A DNA stretch of 42,224 bases, taken from IMG/VR virus record IMGVR_UViG_3300031853_000004, positions 101,319 through 143,542 of that record. One strand, given 5' to 3'. A model generated the notes under the pieces. The model saw only the letters and a list, made by a program, of their open reading frames with translations, had not been told where the DNA came from and ran no database searches. Each line of letters opens with the position of its first letter. Position 1 is the first letter of the stretch. The DNA comes from a virus. Taxonomy: Duplodnaviria > Heunggongvirae > Uroviricota > Caudoviricetes. Of the stretch, positions 41,161-42,224 are shown one piece after another. The translations under genes and the position numbers were made by a program.

Positions 41161-41242
41161 TGCGGGATGTGAGATTCGAACTCACACGCTATCAAGCACT
41201 GCATTTTGAGTGCAGGGCGTCTGCCAATTCCGCCAATCCCGC
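41161..41242 (-). tRNA. tRNA-Leu(CAA)
   Basis: Type II cloverleaf, anticodon arm CTGCA-CTCAAAA-TGCAG, long variable arm; no encoded CCA. Confidence 0.92.
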
Positions 41243-41252
41243 CTATAAAACG

Positions 41253-41411
41253 TTATACTTCCTGTACGATCAACATGTCAAGGGAAGGCCGCACTTCTAC
41301 AATCTCGTATATACGTCCAAGAGAAGAGAAAATTTGTCCAACCTGCGGCACTCCGTAAAAGAGAACACTCTGAACGCTAGATCCATCACGATAAACAAAA
41401 TGACGAGCCAT
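41253..41411 (-). CDS. Small hypothetical protein (52 aa)
   Basis: RBS GGAGG overlapping the upstream gene end; MARHFVYRDGSSVQSVLFYGVPQVG...; TAA stop. Confidence 0.65.
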   Translation of the reverse strand: MARHFVYRDGSSVQSVLFYGVPQVGQIFSSLGRIYEIVEVRPSLDMLIVQEV

Positions 41412-41413
41412 AG

Positions 41414-41608
41414 TTAAACCTCCACATCAAACGCAAAATCATCAGTCTCAGCATAAAATGCATCTATATGACCACCATAAGGTCTAATAGCATCATAGGC
41501 TTTCCATTTAGCGAATTCCTCTGTAATGGGTTCCATTGATTCAAAACTAATTAAATCTCCATCAAGAGTTTCGCCAGTGAAATAATAGTAATCGCGAGGT
41601 GGTTTCAT
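41414..41608 (-). CDS. Hypothetical protein (64 aa), paralog of 34438..34641
   Basis: RBS AAGGAG, ATG 41608; ends GGHIDAFYAETDDFAFDVEV. Confidence 0.75.
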   Translation of the reverse strand: MKPPRDYYYFTGETLDGDLISFESMEPITEEFAKWKAYDAIRPYGGHIDAFYAETDDFAFDVEV

Positions 41609-41653
41609 TTGTAACTCCTTTACTATTGGGTTCCTCCCTCTCAATCTATATAT

Positions 41654-41682
41654 ATTATACTATATTTTTTTTAGACTGTCAA
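41654..41682 (-). promoter_or_regulatory. Consensus sigma70 promoter for the small-ORF/tRNA operon
   Basis: TTGACA-17 nt-TATAAT. Confidence 0.8.
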
Positions 41683-41843
41683 GTAAAATTTTAATAATTT
41701 CAATAAAAATAATATTCTAGAAAAGAATATTTAATGTCATTAATATTCTAATTTAGAATATTGAGCAGGCATAAAAATAACCTACGATCGACAAATATAA
41801 AAGTATTAATAGTTAAAATTTTTATTTCTCATATTTGTATCAT

Positions 41844-42008
41844 GTTGGAGTCGACAACACAATACCGCATCTTAATCTAAACGTCTCTTATCATATACAT
41901 ATCCACTTTGATGATCGCCTACTCGGTACTCGTTTGCAATACTTTCCCTACTTTGTTCCAAGCGCTTCTAATAGAAGTGGAACACCCTTTATCAGCTTTC
42001 ACCAACGC
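41844..42008 (-). ncRNA. Candidate structured ncRNA (about 165 nt), unassigned
   Basis: ORF-less and GC-enriched; ends can pair (GTTGG/CCAAC); nested hairpin TGTTCCA-CTTCT/AGAAG-TGGAACA; begins just downstream of the promoter motif at 42014-42053. Confidence 0.4.
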
Positions 42009-42013
42009 TATAT

Positions 42014-42053
42014 TATATAGAAATTAGCTTAAGCTGATTATTCAATTTTGCCC
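42014..42053 (-). promoter_or_regulatory. Second copy of the candidate phage-specific promoter motif
   Basis: GGGCAAAATTGAATAAT-N17-TATATA, identical in sequence and spacing to 23007-23046. Confidence 0.5.
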
Positions 42054-42224
42054 CCAGAATTTTAAAAATTTTTTCATCCAATAGAAGCTAAAAATTTTAG
42101 GAAAAAATTGTCGCGGGCTTATCATTTCAACCTTAAAAATAGCATAAAAACCAAGTAGATTTAAACGGAAAAATAACATAAAAAACTAGTCATGACAAAT
42201 TATACGTAAAAAAATTTTATCGAG

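Noticed and set aside
40860-41242. A suppressor tRNA-Trp(UCA) in the tRNA cluster
   Set aside because: The four anticodons read CAT, GAT, TTT and CAA; none is TCA.
41169-41417. Plus-strand 82-aa track ORF
   Set aside because: It is antisense to tRNA-Leu and the 52-aa gene and has no RBS; a shadow ORF.
27323-41608. Host is a code-4 organism such as Mycoplasma
   Set aside because: Early genes use only TGG for Trp despite low GC, and LexA-like boxes point to a Firmicutes/Actinobacteria-type host. Not formally excluded.

Overview
This window is a segment of a large, AT-rich tailed phage (siphovirus-like; gene order resembles the SPbeta-type morphogenesis module) that uses two coding regimes. 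Positions 1-27149 (minus strand) are one late/morphogenesis block: putative late regulator, TerS-like protein, terminase large subunit, PD-(D/E)XK nuclease, portal, prohead protease/scaffold, capsid accessory protein, major capsid protein (MCP), head-tail proteins, major tail protein, chaperone-like genes and a >2775-aa tape measure protein. The ORF track fragments this block because TGA is read as Trp: by my count about 65 in-frame TGA in 14 genes, with no frameshifts and no internal TAA/TAG. Positions 27323-42224 are an early/accessory region of about 27 small genes, most with their own sigma70-type promoter. They use only TGG for Trp (about 29) and end only in TAA/TAG, so they are readable by a standard-code host. 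This points to stop-codon recoding used as a late-gene switch. Other features: an 840-nt group I intron in the major tail gene whose HNH nuclease itself needs TGA=Trp; an MCP amber stop followed in frame by a 420-aa display-type domain (candidate readthrough); four tRNAs with an HDV-like theta ribozyme at the 3' end of tRNA-Leu; nine copies of a covarying H-type pseudoknot a few nt after early-gene stop codons; LexA-like boxes; repeated operator-like motifs; ORF-less antisense promoters; and a promoter-driven minigene containing all three stop codons. No suppressor tRNA-Trp(UCA), release factor, lysis or replication genes are visible in the window. All functional calls come from motif recognition by eye; no database search was run.
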